This document shows, in pieces, positions 46,210 to 61,123 of a stretch of DNA of 64,000 nt; the stretch's first letter is position 1, and each line of letters opens with the position of its first letter. Both the position numbers and the translations under genes were made by a program. Source of the stretch: Eledone cirrhosa (lineage: Eukaryota); assembly GCA_964016885.1 (NCBI GenBank), contig OZ024755.1, positions 28,148,001-28,212,000 of the forward strand, in the 5' to 3' direction. The notes under the pieces are model-generated. The model saw only the letters and a program-made list of their open reading frames with translations. It made no database searches and was not told the origin of the DNA.

Positions 46210-46369
46210 GGCGTTGGGTTGGCAGCACAGAGTTACGCCCCTTTATGATCTGAGTTCAAATCCCGCCAAGGTTAACTTTGCCTTTCATCCTTACGGGGTG
46301 GTCGATAAAATAAAGTACCAGTAATGCAGTGGGTAATTGCTGGCCTTGTGCTAAAAGTAGAAACAATTA
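46210..46369 (+). mobile_element. SINE S1 with deletion in head
   Basis: 22-bp TSD attatatgtctttcattcatgg at 46189-46210 and 46366-46387. Confidence 0.9.
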
Positions 46370-46787
46370 TATGTCTTTCATTCATGGACTTCTCATGTCC
46401 GAAAAACTGTACTAGGTGTTCACTAAAAATTAAGTTTGTCGAGGTCTCCTATTAAAAGTCTAACATATCTATGCCATGCCCTTGGGGCTTTTTCAGTTGT
46501 CTATGGTTTGTGGAGTCCTAAGCTGTAGTATATTTAACTTAAGCTTAAATATCGTGCTGCACTAACAATATTACTCAATTAAATATTTTCTATGGCTGTA
46601 GGGTGTGCTTGAGGAATATTTGACTGCAATTTCTAAAAGATCAAGCGATTAAAAAATGGCTGCCTCTCAGGTAACAAGATTATCTTGTGTAATGTATCAC
46701 GAACTCAGGTCCCAACCCGCCCATTGCTGAATATGACAAACTATATTATGAATAGGTATTTGAACTTATTGACATTCCATCAAATAG

Positions 46788-46972
46788 ATCAAGGATGTGG
46801 TCCGAACGTTGAAGAGCCGAACTCCCACTGTCATCACTTCCATCTCTCTCGCCTTCCCTATCTCTTTGTATGGTGAGCGAATGGGGTCCCACGTGCTGGC
46901 CTACCCACAGCCCCGGCTGACAGAATGGAGAAGGCGTTTCCGCGGAGGATGGTAAGGGAGATGCGCTGGAAC
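46788..46972 (-). mobile_element. CRE-type 3' fragment
   Basis: FQRISLTILRGNAFSIL plus the shared 3' UTR. Confidence 0.85.
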
Positions 46973-48381
46973 AACTATATAGCAAATTACTAGTGTTCTT
47001 CTTTTAGATTTTGTTTTCTTCTACATTTAGATTCCACTTGAGTCCCAGCCATTTAATAAGGTATTTTGAATTTTAGAATGAATTTCAATTTTCCGAAATT
47101 ACTATTTATTTATGGCGCATGTCTCTCGGACATGACACCCTTAATTTAATTTTGGATATATATTTATTTAACTGTAAATTTAAGCTAAATATGCGTCTAA
47201 AGAGCATGGCATTTACGCGAATATAGATATTCGAATATGTGATGCCACAGGTGTGTGTGTGTATTATGCGTGAGTGTTTGCTGTAGGTTGTAATGAAACC
47301 TGTGAGTAATGTTTGGCTACGTTACTATAGTTTCTTGTAAAGTTCTCGAAACCTACAATCAACCAACGATATTTTGCCCACCGTTTTAAGAACATTTCAT
47401 TTAGGTGCTAACCCCCTCTGCCATTTCTAACAAATCAACCACAGGTAAGCTCGGCACTGTATTTCAATTACTCTCTTCCCCTCACTCGAACACTTTATTT
47501 CTCTTTCTTTAGATCACTCCTACTCTTCCCTTGCCTCATTCAATCTTTTTTTAATTCATCTCTCTCTATCCACCCCCTCTTTATCACTTTCCACCATTCC
47601 AACTCCACACCTGCAATTTCAGCACTATCTCTATCAGTGTCTACCTGTCTATAAACCTCCTCTTTATCTATGTTACCTATTTTTCTCTTTTACAGTTTCT
47701 ATTGCTAAATTGTATTTTATTACTTCTCCCCTTTCCCTCTCCCTCTCTCTCAGTAAAACTGTAGTTTACTTATTTTTCTTCCTCTCTCGTGCTGGCTCTC
47801 ATCTCATCCTCTCTCTCCCCCTCTCCCTATCTCACCCATCCCCCTATCTATCCCCCTCCCCTATCTCCCCCCTCTCCTTCTCTCTCTCACACACACATAC
47901 ATACACATAAATTCACCCTGACTTCGTTCTCCGAAAATAGTTGAGGAATGTACCGCTGAGAGTCCGCCTGTTTGCACATTCCAGACATAAGACGAGAATG
48001 CAACTAAAGAATCCTCGCTATGTCTTTAAACCTGGTACCCGCTGTCCACCCGGCACACACAACAGGCTGCTATACCATGCTTTAAATTTATAAACGATCC
48101 ACTTGTTGACTTTTGTATATATTGTTGTTGTGATGGCTGATGTATTTCTTATTGTGTTGTTGCTGCTGCCATTAGTGGTGGTGGTGATAGTATTAGTAAT
48201 ACTAGTAACACTAGTAGTGGTATTGTTGCTGGTGACGGTGATTATTGTAATCTTATTGGTAGTGATTTTAGTGCTCCTAGTTGAGAGCCTGATGTTGGTA
48301 GTGTCATTGTCTTATTGTCTGCTTACTTAGTCTTTGTAGGGTGGAGTGTTTTGTTGTTATATTTAAGTGCCGTTATTGTAC

Positions 48382-48560
48382 TTGGCAGTATCGGTAGAGG
48401 GTCAGACGCCATGCTTTCCAGCATAGTTACGTCCCTTTACGATCTGAGTTCAAATCCCGCCGAGGTTGACTTTGCCTTTCATCCTTACGGGGTCGATAAA
48501 ATAAAGTACCAGTAATGCACTGGGTGATTGCTGGCCTTGTGCCTAAAGTAGAAACAGTTA
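48382..48560 (+). mobile_element. SINE S1
   Basis: TSD gttattgtac on both sides. Confidence 0.9.
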
Positions 48561-49016
48561 TTGTACATTCAGTAGTGTTTCTCTTTATTCTTATAGTCAG
48601 TCCTATTAGTGACTTGGAAACCTCAAGCAGTCACTAATAACAGGGAGCGCAAGCTTTCCTATCCTGATGTTATCTCCTGAGATTCTGGTATTGAAATCCA
48701 GGACTTGGCAATGGCAATAAACGGCAGACCAGACCCACGTGGAGATCAATTGTTGAGCCGATTTCGGCTGAGGCCACCGGATGGTGATGGTGGTGATGAT
48801 GATGATGATGATGATGATGCTCTTATAGTTTTTCTTTGTCTTGTTTTACTTGTTAATGATGGTGTTGTTTCTGTTGCTGCTGTTGTTGTTGCTGTTGTTA
48901 TTGTCATTTGTGTTTGGCCCCATGTTCTAGAAATTAATACTGCGGTCATCGTTCTTACTATTCTATTTCTATAAATTATGGTTGAAAGAATTGTTGATGT
49001 AATTGCTCAAGGCATT

Positions 49017-49205
49017 AATTGTTTCTACGTTAGGCACAAGGCCAGCAATTACCCAGTGTATTACTGGTACTTTATTTTATCTACCCCGTAAGAATGAAAG
49101 GCAAAGTTAACCTCGGCGGGATTTGAACTCAGAATGGCAAGGGCAGTAACTCTATGCGTCAAAGCATGCCGTCCGACCCTCTACCGATACTGCCAATCCA
49201 CCGCC
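49017..49205 (-). mobile_element. SINE S1, full length
   Basis: TSD taattgctcaaggcattaat, with ~12 extra nt at the 5' junction. Confidence 0.9.
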
Positions 49206-49299
49206 TATATATGTTATTAATTGCTCAAGGCATTAATAACATATAAACATGAGCTAAAGGTTTAGTCTAAAGTCTGTCTCAATCTCGAAGAGTCAGCAG

Positions 49300-49500
49300 G
49301 CCGGTGCTTATCTTGGTTTCCGTGGCGTGAAACGACTGAGAGTACAGGACACCCCCATGAACAGGACTCCAGTACAACACAGCCGAATACCCCAAGATAT
49401 TGCTGGTACTCATTTTAAGCTGAGTATACAATAACAGTGTGAAATGGAATGCTTCGCTCAAGAACATAACACACAAACCACCCCAGCAGTGAAACCAACG
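49300..49500 (-). mobile_element. Old SINE fragment (family related to 27990-28280)
   Basis: gctggtactcatttt..gctgagt..gtgaaatgg..gctcaagaacataac; similar remnant at ~52340-52520. Confidence 0.55.
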
Positions 49501-49510
49501 ACATTATGAT

Positions 49511-49685
49511 GGTGGATTGGCAGTATCGGTGGAGGGTCGGACGCCATGCTTTCCAGCATGGTTACGATCTGAGTTCAAATCCCGCCGAGGTTGACTTTGC
49601 CTTTCATCCTTACGGGGTCGATAAAATAAAATGCCAGTAATGTACTGGGTATTTGCTGGCCTTGTGCCTAAAGTAGAAACAATTA
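49511..49685 (+). mobile_element. SINE S1
   Basis: TSD attatgat. Confidence 0.9.
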
Positions 49686-49909
49686 TGATCACATATCCAA
49701 CAAGTTTACCACTAGACCACAAGCACATGGCATGACATTCTATGGATGTGATGTCGGGCGATTAAACCTTCAGCATTACATCTAAAATGTCGATTGGCAG
49801 AATAGCTGGTGTGTCGAACAAATGTATTTCTGTATATGTTCTGACCGTTGGTGTTCTAATTTATCAAATCTCCCGCCAAAATAATTTTGCTTTTTTATCT
49901 TCCCATATT

Positions 49910-49987
<78 letters not shown>

Positions 49988-50127
49988 CTTCATATATGTT
50001 TTTGTTTTTATTTTTTCTCACTTCCACTTTATCTATGTCATCTCTTTCTTGTAAAATGTTGTACTTTATTTTTCCACATATCTAGTACTCACAATATTGT
50101 GCGGATTTTATTTGTAATCCCTTAAAG

Positions 50128-50226
50128 AGATTAACTTTGCATTTCATCCTTTCGGGGTCGATAAAATAAGGCACCAGTAATATACTGGGGTAATTTCTGG
50201 CCTTGTGCCAAAAGTAGAAACAATTA
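50128..50226 (+). mobile_element. SINE S1, 5'-truncated
   Basis: Core and 3' end; imperfect TSD ttatttgtaa(t/a)ccctt. Confidence 0.85.
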
Positions 50227-50957
50227 TTTGTAAACCCTTTTACTCGTACAAGATCATTGTTTGTTGAGGATTTCCTTTTCGCATTTCTCTCTGCATACAT
50301 ATATGCATTTATGCTTATATAAGTGTATTCATGCGCACGAGTGTATGTCTGCTTGTCTGTCTATGTTGATGTATGTACGTATGTACCTATGTATGTACGT
50401 ACGTGTGTACGTACTATGTGTGTATGTCCCTGAACCACCTGTGAACTACTAATAAAGTCAAACATTAGCCATAACTATCACTGCTATGGCTTAGCCATGC
50501 CAAGCGCTCAGCGTAAGCTTAACCGTGCGTTGCAAAGATAATATATCTGTTGCACACTGAATCGTCTACCGATTTTGGGAGTTGCTACCATGAACTACTG
50601 GCACGGCTTGTAGTCAAAACATGAATATTTAGTGCATCTCTTATTACAACAGCAACAATACAGTAAATATCGGCAACTTAAAAAAAAATATCAGCAAAAA
50701 CGCCAACAATTACAAAACTTAGACAAGGAAAGAATAGTGATATGAGTAGATACTTGATCTGTTACAAACAACGGCTAATTCACATTCAGAGCAGATCAGG
50801 ACGATACAATACCACCAGGAATTTTGTCCTATTTTCAAAGAAATCTACCAATTTATCCTCACATGTATAGAAATACGGGAGGGTCAATGCTGAGACGCCT
50901 TTGGTCATATCTCCACTTAAGGTTTGTAAGAGATAGCAATGCCAACAACATCGACAA

Positions 50958-51225
50958 CACCTTAGGCGCTGAGCTGCCCAGCCGCAGGTGTGAGCCCCGT
51001 GTGATGGAATGGCTCGTCCAGCGCATCTCCCTTCCAGCTCATCCTCCAGGGAAACGCCTTCTCCATTCTGTCCGCCGGGGCTGTGGGGAGGCTAGCACGT
51101 GGAACCCCATATGTTCACCATGCAGAGAAATGGCGAGAGCGAGAGAGATGGAGGCGATGACAGTGGGAGTTCGGCCCTTCCTCGTTCGGACCATATCTTT
51201 GTGGTTGTGTTCATTATCTATATAA
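50958..51225 (+). mobile_element. CRE-type 3' fragment
   Basis: TLGAELPSRRCEPRVMEWLVQRISL.. plus the shared 3' UTR ending gtgttcattatctata. Confidence 0.85.
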
Positions 51226-51993
51226 AAAAATGATTTATTTCCCATAAGCACTGTCATATATTTTGATAATTTACCTCTCACTTCTACTGTCTACCACAAG
51301 TATTCTATTCATCGAGTATGGAGTTTCTATCTAGTGATCGTTAAATCTCCCTTAACTAAGACCCAACCATCTTTAGATTGGAAATAACCTATTAGATGAT
51401 GTTGTTATCGTTATATTATATATGGAGGAAAAGAATTCTCATGGCTGGAATAGCTTTCACCATGAGAACAATCAGACAAATCAGAGGCGGGACAAATTAC
51501 TAGTGACATCATGTCACATCGAAAACAATGTCAGTAATGAAATTGAGATTGTGGGGTGAGAATTTTGAACATATCTAGAAGTTTTGAATGTTAGTTAGTA
51601 GCATCATTACAAAGATGATTGTCGAAATGTTGTACTGATATATCTAGACTTTAATACCATTTACGAGAAATCTCTGGAAATATCATAAATGTATCCATTC
51701 TGCCAACTATTATAGAAGGTCCTTAAAAGTGTCATGGGCGCTGACGTTTTCCACAGAATAAGATACAGGCATATACACATGCATATGTGTGGAAACGTAC
51801 AGCAGTGTATTTTAAAGAATCACTTTTTCTTTCAACCAACAAAACAAATATGCCTATATTTGGTACATTATATAACAAAACTTTCTTCAAATATTTAATA
51901 TTTAATATTGGTTTCAAATAATTACGCAAACTTCCCAAATGATTAATAAATCATGTTTTCTTGTGCCGCACTTATTAAGCAGATCATTATTTT

Positions 51994-52182
51994 GGTGGAT
52001 TGCCAGTATCGGTAGCGGGTCAGACGCCATGCTTTCCAGCATAGTTACGTCCGTCCCTTTACGATCTGAGTTCAAATCCCGCCGAGGTTGACTTTGCCTT
52101 TCATCCTTACGGGGTCGATAAAATAAAGTACCAGTAATGCACTGGATAATTGCTGGCCTTGTGCCTAACGTAGAAACAATTA
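51994..52182 (+). mobile_element. SINE S1, full length
   Basis: Full-length match. Confidence 0.9.
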
Positions 52183-52655
52183 TGTTCTATCCTTATATAT
52201 ATTTTGGCGTAGTTGAGTGTAGTGGGGTTGGAAATGGTGTTCAAAGTGTCAAGATTAAATTCTAAGAAAGTAAATCCCTGTCTCGAGCTAATAGCTTCCT
52301 CCGATCAATATTTAACCCCATTGACCTAAGGTTAAGTGACTGACAGTATAAGACACCCCACTCGAAAGGATCCAGTAAAATGTAGAGGTAAATCCAGAGC
52401 CATTTCTGGTACTACTTTGTAGCTGGATAACCTAGAGACATGTGAAATACAGTGTTTTTCTCACGAACATAATACACGATCCAGTCTAGAAATGGAACCC
52501 ACATAATGATTGTATGTCCACCCCACCCCCTTTCAACCAGATCAAGTGCCTCCAATCCGACGATTATTAAATTGATTCCAAAGTAAAGTCAAACAGATTG
52601 AAGCTATGGATTTAAATAGAAAATTCTTGTTCAATTAGAACATAATTACAGGTAG

Positions 52656-52967
52656 GGAGACACCAAGCAGGCTTTGTTTACAAAAGGCTAACGAATTTGA
52701 AAATGAGGTAGTAACATTGGCTTACGCCGTATTTAACTAAATAGGATTAGTCTGTTAGTTGAGATTTTTAAAAAACCCTCTGAATGGAAAATAGGATGAG
52801 TATTGACGTACATGGGACACGAAACCACATCTTTGGTTTGCCGTCGTGCCCTATGTACGTCAATACTCATCCTTTTTTCCATTCAGAGGGTTTTTTTTTA
52901 AATCCCAACTAACAGACTAACTCTATGTAGTCAAACACAGCGTAAGCAAATGTTACTGCCTAATTTT
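52656..52967. mobile_element. Palindromic insertion with 14-bp direct flanks
   Basis: ~115-bp imperfect arms spanning 52707-52960; ataattacaggtag at 52642-52655 and 52968-52981. Confidence 0.7.
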
Positions 52968-54229
52968 ATAATTACAGGTAGTTGTAAGGAATCGTATGGT
53001 GTATGCGTGTGTATATATGCATGTGTGTGTGTGTGTGGTTTGTGCCTTTACAGGTGCATTGGTTCATTTACGTTAAGCGTTCAAAGTTATTTTAAAAGTA
53101 TTTTAAAAGAAGTGTTGAAATGTGGTGCAATAAATAAAAATAAAATTACAGATATAAATAAATTTACGAATATAAATAAAAATACATTTCATTGAAAGGT
53201 GTCCCGTGGGTAGGGTTAAACTTGTCAAATAAACGAAATATTCTTGATATGCTACTAAGCGTTTGTGAAAATGAATCTTATTGAAAATCTCAAAATTTCA
53301 ATAATATGATTGTTATTACAAAAGGTCCGGAAAGACGGTAATCGCATCATCTTAACTGTGATAAAAGAAGTAGCTGTAATATATCCGTATTCATTTAATG
53401 ATCTAGCCAGATCTACCACCCTTGTATAGCCATATGAAATATAGAATCATTTCCTTCTGTCTCTACCGTAATCGATTTTATCAGATCGAAGGTTCATTAC
53501 ATTACAAAAACGTTCACGTATTCATAAATAAAAGTCACTTAATATAAAAAAAAAAAAGATCCAGCAAAGTATTTTGGTAAAAATATTTCGAAATGAGACA
53601 AAACGTAAAGGTTGTGGCTAAAATTAGAGAAAACTCTACGGATGACGTAACATACATTTTTCAAATCGCACGGACTGCTGTAAATAGAAATACACTAAAA
53701 ATATAGATGATGAAATTTCCAATTATATAAAATACTTATTGTGTTACTTGGTAAAGAACGCTTCAGTTTCGACAATGAGATTTATCCATTGTTCGATCAA
53801 AGGAAATATCTACTCGTTTTATTGTAGTTTTGGGGCATAACATTCCTAACCCTGTAAGAATTCCGATGAAAACAAGAGACATCGGGTTTGATCTTCCTTC
53901 GTGGCATGTTGGAAAAATGTTATTATGGGTTGTTGTTGTTGTTTTTTTTGGTTTTTTTTCATAGCCTCTGGTCGTTGTAAGTAAAAATGGGCCTAATGAT
54001 GTGGAAAGCCATCAGAAAGATTGTGCCTGACATTTCGGTAATACGCGACACTATATCACAGTAAATAGATGACACTGTATCACACTAAATAGACACGAAT
54101 ATTTGGTTAACGGTACGGGTAATTTTATTTTACGTTACTTTAGTATTATGAGTCTAAAGATTGGAACAGCAGCAGATGTGTGTTAACCCGGAACTCTCAT
54201 TTACCCCAGTGAAACCTCAGGCCCGATGA

Positions 54230-54298
<69 letters not shown>

Positions 54299-54577
54299 TA
54301 TATATATATATATATATATACAGACATAGAGAGAGAGTAACAACATGCGAAGTAGCTGTAGACGTTAAGGTTCTTTATTGATACATATTTCAATGACGAC
54401 ATTGGCCACGTTATTTCACGGAATCGGTGTCGAGATCTCATCAGAGAGCTTCATTACATAATAAGGTTACGTTCTCAAGCCAATCCAAATAAAAAGGGCA
54501 GGGGGACAGACAAAGATGATGATTTTGAAACCTTTGCCCGTTCCCCTGTGAACATTAATTCCATATATATATATACT

Positions 54578-54641
54578 AACCTAAGTATTGAGTACTTTGG
54601 TGCGTTAAGGTCCACCTGGTTCCTTACCACATTTCCTTCGT

Positions 54642-54643
<2 letters not shown>
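54578..54643 (+). mobile_element. Family A pLTR terminal fragment in (TA)n
   Basis: cctaagtattgagtactttggtgcgttaaggtccacctggttccttaccacatttcc is the reverse complement of the unique segment of the 26791 and 33583 elements. Confidence 0.75.
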
Positions 54644-54715
<72 letters not shown>

Positions 54716-55264
54716 AAGGCGATGTATGTGCCACTGTCCATGTGGGTATGTGCCACTGTCCATGTAAGTGGACATGAAAATAAAATTGAAATGTTTTATC
54801 TATAATTCATTTCCATTTGACACTGCATGTATGCATGGTAAACATTTCGCTTCGCTACCACTGAAATTCGATATCATCGCGATTCCTTGTATAAATCTGT
54901 TTTACCATATTCGCCTGTCCAGAATATCTTTGCGAATGGAATCTCGAAGACCTTACCTGTGCTGGATCTAACCCGAAGATTCAATTTCGCTAGATATACA
55001 CAATCGCCTATTTAAAAAACAACCAACTGGACCTTGCTGTTTTAGCAAGCCGAATCAGTTCAACTCTCCCCTCTGTGGAATATATTATAATATATATGTA
55101 TATAGATGACGTTATTCTAGTTAAAGTCTGATGTTGCTGATATTTAACCGACGGACATAGAAATCAACAAACCCTATGAGCATCAAAGCTACTGGGAAGG
55201 AGCTGGACGGTAGCACAGACAAAGTAAAAATACACCTGTGAATGGTTGATGAACCCTATACATA

Positions 55265-55445
55265 TTGAACACAACCACAAGGATATGGTCCGAACGTAGG
55301 AGAGCCGAACTCCAACTGTCATCACTTCCATCTCTCTGCATGATGAGCAAATGGGGTCCCCCGTGCTGGCCTCCGCACAGCGCCGGCGGACAGAATGGAG
55401 AAGGTGTTTCCCCAGAAGATAGCAAGGGAAATGCGCTGGAAGAGC
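55265..55445 (-). mobile_element. CRE-type 3' fragment
   Basis: LFQRISLAIFWGNTFSILSAG plus the shared 3' UTR. Confidence 0.85.
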
Positions 55446-55744
55446 AATTCCTGCAAAACCCTCGAAAAAACGACTGAGCAATTCTGTCCTTCCTTTAATC
55501 TCTTTAGAAACATATATAAATAAATGAATAATTTTCAAGTACATTTTTCAAGTAATCCACCCTGTTCGGGAGAATTCGTAACATCTCGGCTTTATGCCGA
55601 ATCACTCCAGGCTGGCTGGCATAAGTTAGAGGTGCAGTTATCACACATTCACGAAATTCTTCAACAGATAAAACCTGCAACTACCTGTGTGAATATTGTA
55701 TGTTTACTTTCTCCGCTCACACCAGTACTTTCTAGATGTTGTTG

Positions 55745-55788
<44 letters not shown>

Positions 55789-55883
55789 GTTGCTATTACT
55801 ATTTTATTCTAGCTGACTGCTGCTTTATCCTTCTTATTGTGTCTAGCTTTAGTTATGGTAATGATGGTGGTTGAATTGGCAAA

Positions 55884-55990
<107 letters not shown>

Positions 55991-56516
55991 GAAGCATATA
56001 TATATAAGCATCCCTATTGAGTTTCGTTCTTTTCCCTTTGATAATTTGGGTATATTTCCATCTAATTGCATGTTGTGAATGCAATATGAACAGCTTCGTA
56101 TAGAATGTATGACCAGCTCGTAGTTTTATTAGGTAAAAATGCCCCCTGCAAATCCTAATGTGTTGGTAAGAGCACCGCTTTGGTCTCCGTTTCATCTCGA
56201 TGGCATTCGGAGTATGAGAAAAATATCAGCTGCATATGACGCAGAACGTTTGTAAGTTTTTTTTTTTTTTGTAGTTGAAGCTTAGCCCTAACTCACCCTT
56301 ATACGGAAGACTGATAATCAGAAACAACCTTTTCTTTTATTTTGGCCTTAGGCTTCTATCACCTGTACGATTTGAAGAACATTTGGGTGCTATTCCTTAG
56401 AATAACTTTTTCAATAGCCCCGTCAAAATAGAATGGGGAGCCCCCACATCACACAGAAGATACCACATTGACATGATTTTGTCATATTTCTATGGTTATT
56501 ATTTAGATCCGTACAT

Positions 56517-56708
56517 GGCGGTGGACTGGCAGTATCGGTAGAGAGTCGCACGCCATGCTTTGACGCATAGAGTTACGGCCCTTGCCATTCTGAGTTCAAA
56601 TCCCGCCGAGGTTAACTTTGCCTTTCATCCTTACGGGGTCGATAAAATAAAGTACCAGTAATGCACTGAGTAATTGCTGGACTTGTGTCAAAAAAGTAGA
56701 AACAATTA
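56517..56708 (+). mobile_element. SINE S1, full length
   Basis: TSD ttatttagatccgtacatg at 56499-56517 and 56706-56724. Confidence 0.92.
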
Positions 56709-56726
56709 TTTAGATCCGTACATGCA

Positions 56727-56890
56727 GTTATGACCGTCTAGGTTCTGAGTTCAAATCCCGCCGAGGTTACTTTTGCTTTTCATTCTTTCGGAGTTGATAA
56801 AATAAAGTACCAGTAATGACCTGGGGTCGATTTAATCGTCTTTCCCCTTCCCCCAGAATGCTGGCCTTGTGCCTTGCCTATATAAATCGT
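56727..56890 (+). mobile_element. Older S1-related SINE
   Basis: B-box and core present; followed by a third ttatttagatcc at 56890-56901. Confidence 0.8.
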
Positions 56891-57574
56891 TATTTAGATC
56901 CATCTCAGCTCTGATCGAGCAGGTCATGATTAATGCTTTTTGCAAGTTCTGACTATAGCATCCCTTTTCAAATCAGTTGTATCTATGTCAACATAATACT
57001 ATATCCCTCTTTTAAAATTATAAGACGTGATTTCTGAAATATTTCTCTTCTATTTCTAACGGGTAAAGATTCGTTTTGTTTCATAAGTTTCCCTGGATAA
57101 TTGCATTTATTCTGGTGCACTAATACAATTTAATTCACGGGAATGCATTTGAATATACAGACCTGATTCGAACATCTTAAAACAATAAATATAATTATTA
57201 AATATTACGCGAAGTGTATCACACACAGCAAACCAAAGACCCAATTTTCGGCACGGAATTGGATATATGTAAATATCTTAAGTAACAAAATGATTCAAAT
57301 TGTACAGAGCAAATATTGCCATGACATCTCAGATATTAGTACATTATCATATATCGGAGGAAAATATACATTCAAGTGCAGTGGAAAAAGACAAAGTGTT
57401 CTCTATTATCTACCATCATTAATTTACACGTTAACATGGTATCGATTATGTAACGGGTGCGGGTTGAATAAACATAGAAGACAAATAAACATGTTCATCA
57501 CCATTTGACTTTTCACATTCTTATTTATTAGTCAACGGGTTGGCATATAAGAAACAAGTATTATCATTAATATG

Positions 57575-57767
57575 GGAGGTGGATTGGCAGTATCGGCAGA
57601 GAATCGCGGACGCCATGATTTGCAGCATAGAGTTACGGCCCTTTACGGTCTGAGCTCAAATCCAGCCGAGGTCAACTTTGCCTTTCATCCTTACGGAGTC
57701 GATAAAATAAGGTACCGGTAATGCCCTGGGATAATGGCTGGCCTTGTGCCAAAAGTAGAAACAATTA
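57575..57767 (+). mobile_element. SINE S1, full length
   Basis: TSD attatcattaatat. Confidence 0.9.
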
Positions 57768-58084
57768 TCATTAATATAGGAATTCCCGAAGTAGTAATTG
57801 TTCTACTTGATCACCTGCTCATTAGAGTTCGGCTGTTTAGTAGCTTTGATGATAGGTTGGCTTGATAAGTGAATCAGTAAAGATTGAGAGTAGAGAGAAG
57901 TGTTAGATCTATCGATTTAAACTAAATAAGAAGTAACAGGTAGAAACTATTCCAAGGAATTTACTGGAAATTTGATGACACACATAGTTGTTCTCTAACC
58001 TACTTTCACTGTTTAGCAGAATTCCTGTGTAACAGGGTGTATATATATACATACACACCAGGTCCAAACACAAAGGAACCACAC

Positions 58085-58293
58085 TCCCTCAGTCACTGCC
58101 TCCGTCTCTCCCGCTCTCTCCATCTCTCACTATTATAAGCAAACGGGGGACCCTCACGCTGAACTCCCCGCGACAGCGGCGTACAGAATAGAGAAGGAGT
58201 TTCCTCGGAGGATGATGAGACAGACGCTCTGGAAGAGCCATTCCAGCTCGCAAAAGCTCACATCTGCGGGTAGCCAACTCTGTGTCGTTGGTG
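58085..58293 (-). mobile_element. CRE-type 3' fragment, more diverged
   Basis: ELATRRCEL..LEWLFQSVCLIILRGNSFSIL-like segment plus the UTR motif gagatggagagagc. Confidence 0.75.
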
Positions 58294-58993
58294 GGGCTTA
58301 TATACACATGAATATTTTAGATTGCCAAGTAAAGAGTCATATAAGTGATAAACAAAACTTCACTTAAGGCACTGCAAAATTTTAGTCACAGATATCTCCT
58401 CTGCATGTCGCCTTTAATGCTCTTACAATGGTTTCTACGTCTTAAAACGAACAAGCTTCATATTTTGTTTCGGCAATGATCACTTCCTGTATCATTTCTC
58501 ATCTCCCTTATCTCTAGACACTAACCCACATTTCAGAACCGGAACTAAAGTACTTCACGTAATGCTTACCCTGTACATTTGCAACTCTCTATAACATAGC
58601 ACCTTTTATCCACGTTTCCAATACAAGCACCAGCTAGCAAAATATGTCCTTGAAAATTGGTCTCAGATATCGAGATAGGCGCTCAAATAATTAAGGAGCG
58701 TATTCATAGCAATGATGTTACAAGAAGATAGAGAAAATAGTGATATCAGCAATGCTGGTGGCAGAAATTGTAGATAGATTCCAATGTGGTTGCTATGTAA
58801 TATTCTAACATATGTATCCCCACCTGACCCAACTTCATCAACATCTATCAGAATTTGTATCAACGCCCAACAGTACGGTGATCTTACGGCGCTGTGTTCT
58901 CTTGTGGATTCATAATGCTACAAATCTTATTACGATTAGGTCGAATTATTTTCGGTGGGGCGTTAAAATAAAAGGATGGTATACAGGTTTAAT

Positions 58994-59033
<40 letters not shown>

Positions 59034-59082
59034 ATTAAATCTATCTACCTATATATATATATATAAATATATAAATATATAA

Positions 59083-59116
<34 letters not shown>

Positions 59117-59500
59117 ATGTAAGTATGTATGAATGTACGTGTTTGTGTATGCATGTCTACATAGATTCTTGTAAACACAGACATATTTAATATACACGCA
59201 CGTTTATATATAGCGAGATAAAGCGGGTGGGTAATAGGCAGATAAAGAGATAAATAGATAGATAATAGGTAAGTGTGTGTGTGGGGGGGGGGGGGATGAG
59301 GGGGGTGTGTGTGTGTGCATCGTGGTTGAGAGTTAAGACAGTTTGTTGAATGCGGGTGGGGTTGTAGATACATAGATGGCTGCTGAAGAACGGTAATTAA
59401 TATTAACTGATAACAGCAGCTAACTACACGTGTAATTGTTTGTTCCGAACATTGTCAGATCTGTTTGCATGTAGTCAGCAATAATAGTAGGAATAGTCGT

Positions 59501-59555
<55 letters not shown>

Positions 59556-59991
59556 TTTTTTTTTTTAGTATGTTCTTACTTTCGGTGCCGGTGCTTCTGT
59601 ATCTGGTATGCGTGGGTGGTGGTGAAGTTGTATTTGTTTAATATATTTCTCTGAGAGTTAGTGATAGTGGTACGGGTGCATCACACGCTGGCAAGCGAGG
59701 CGTGGGGAAAAGGGGCGGCTGTAGTAAGACAAGGTAATACTAATACTAGACTTCTAGCTGGGCAAGTTGCTGATGATGTGTATATTATACAGTATGTCTA
59801 TATCAGTGTTTGGTGGGGTGTTTGTGTGTCTGCGCGCCGACGGCTTGTGCGTATGTGCGTATGTGTATATGTGTATATGTCTGCGTGTGTTTGACACGAG
59901 ATGTCTAGATGTGCGCGTATGTGTATATCTATCAACACACATACAATCTCTCGCTCGCTCTCTCATGTATATACATACATACACACACACA

Positions 59992-61123
<1,132 letters not shown>

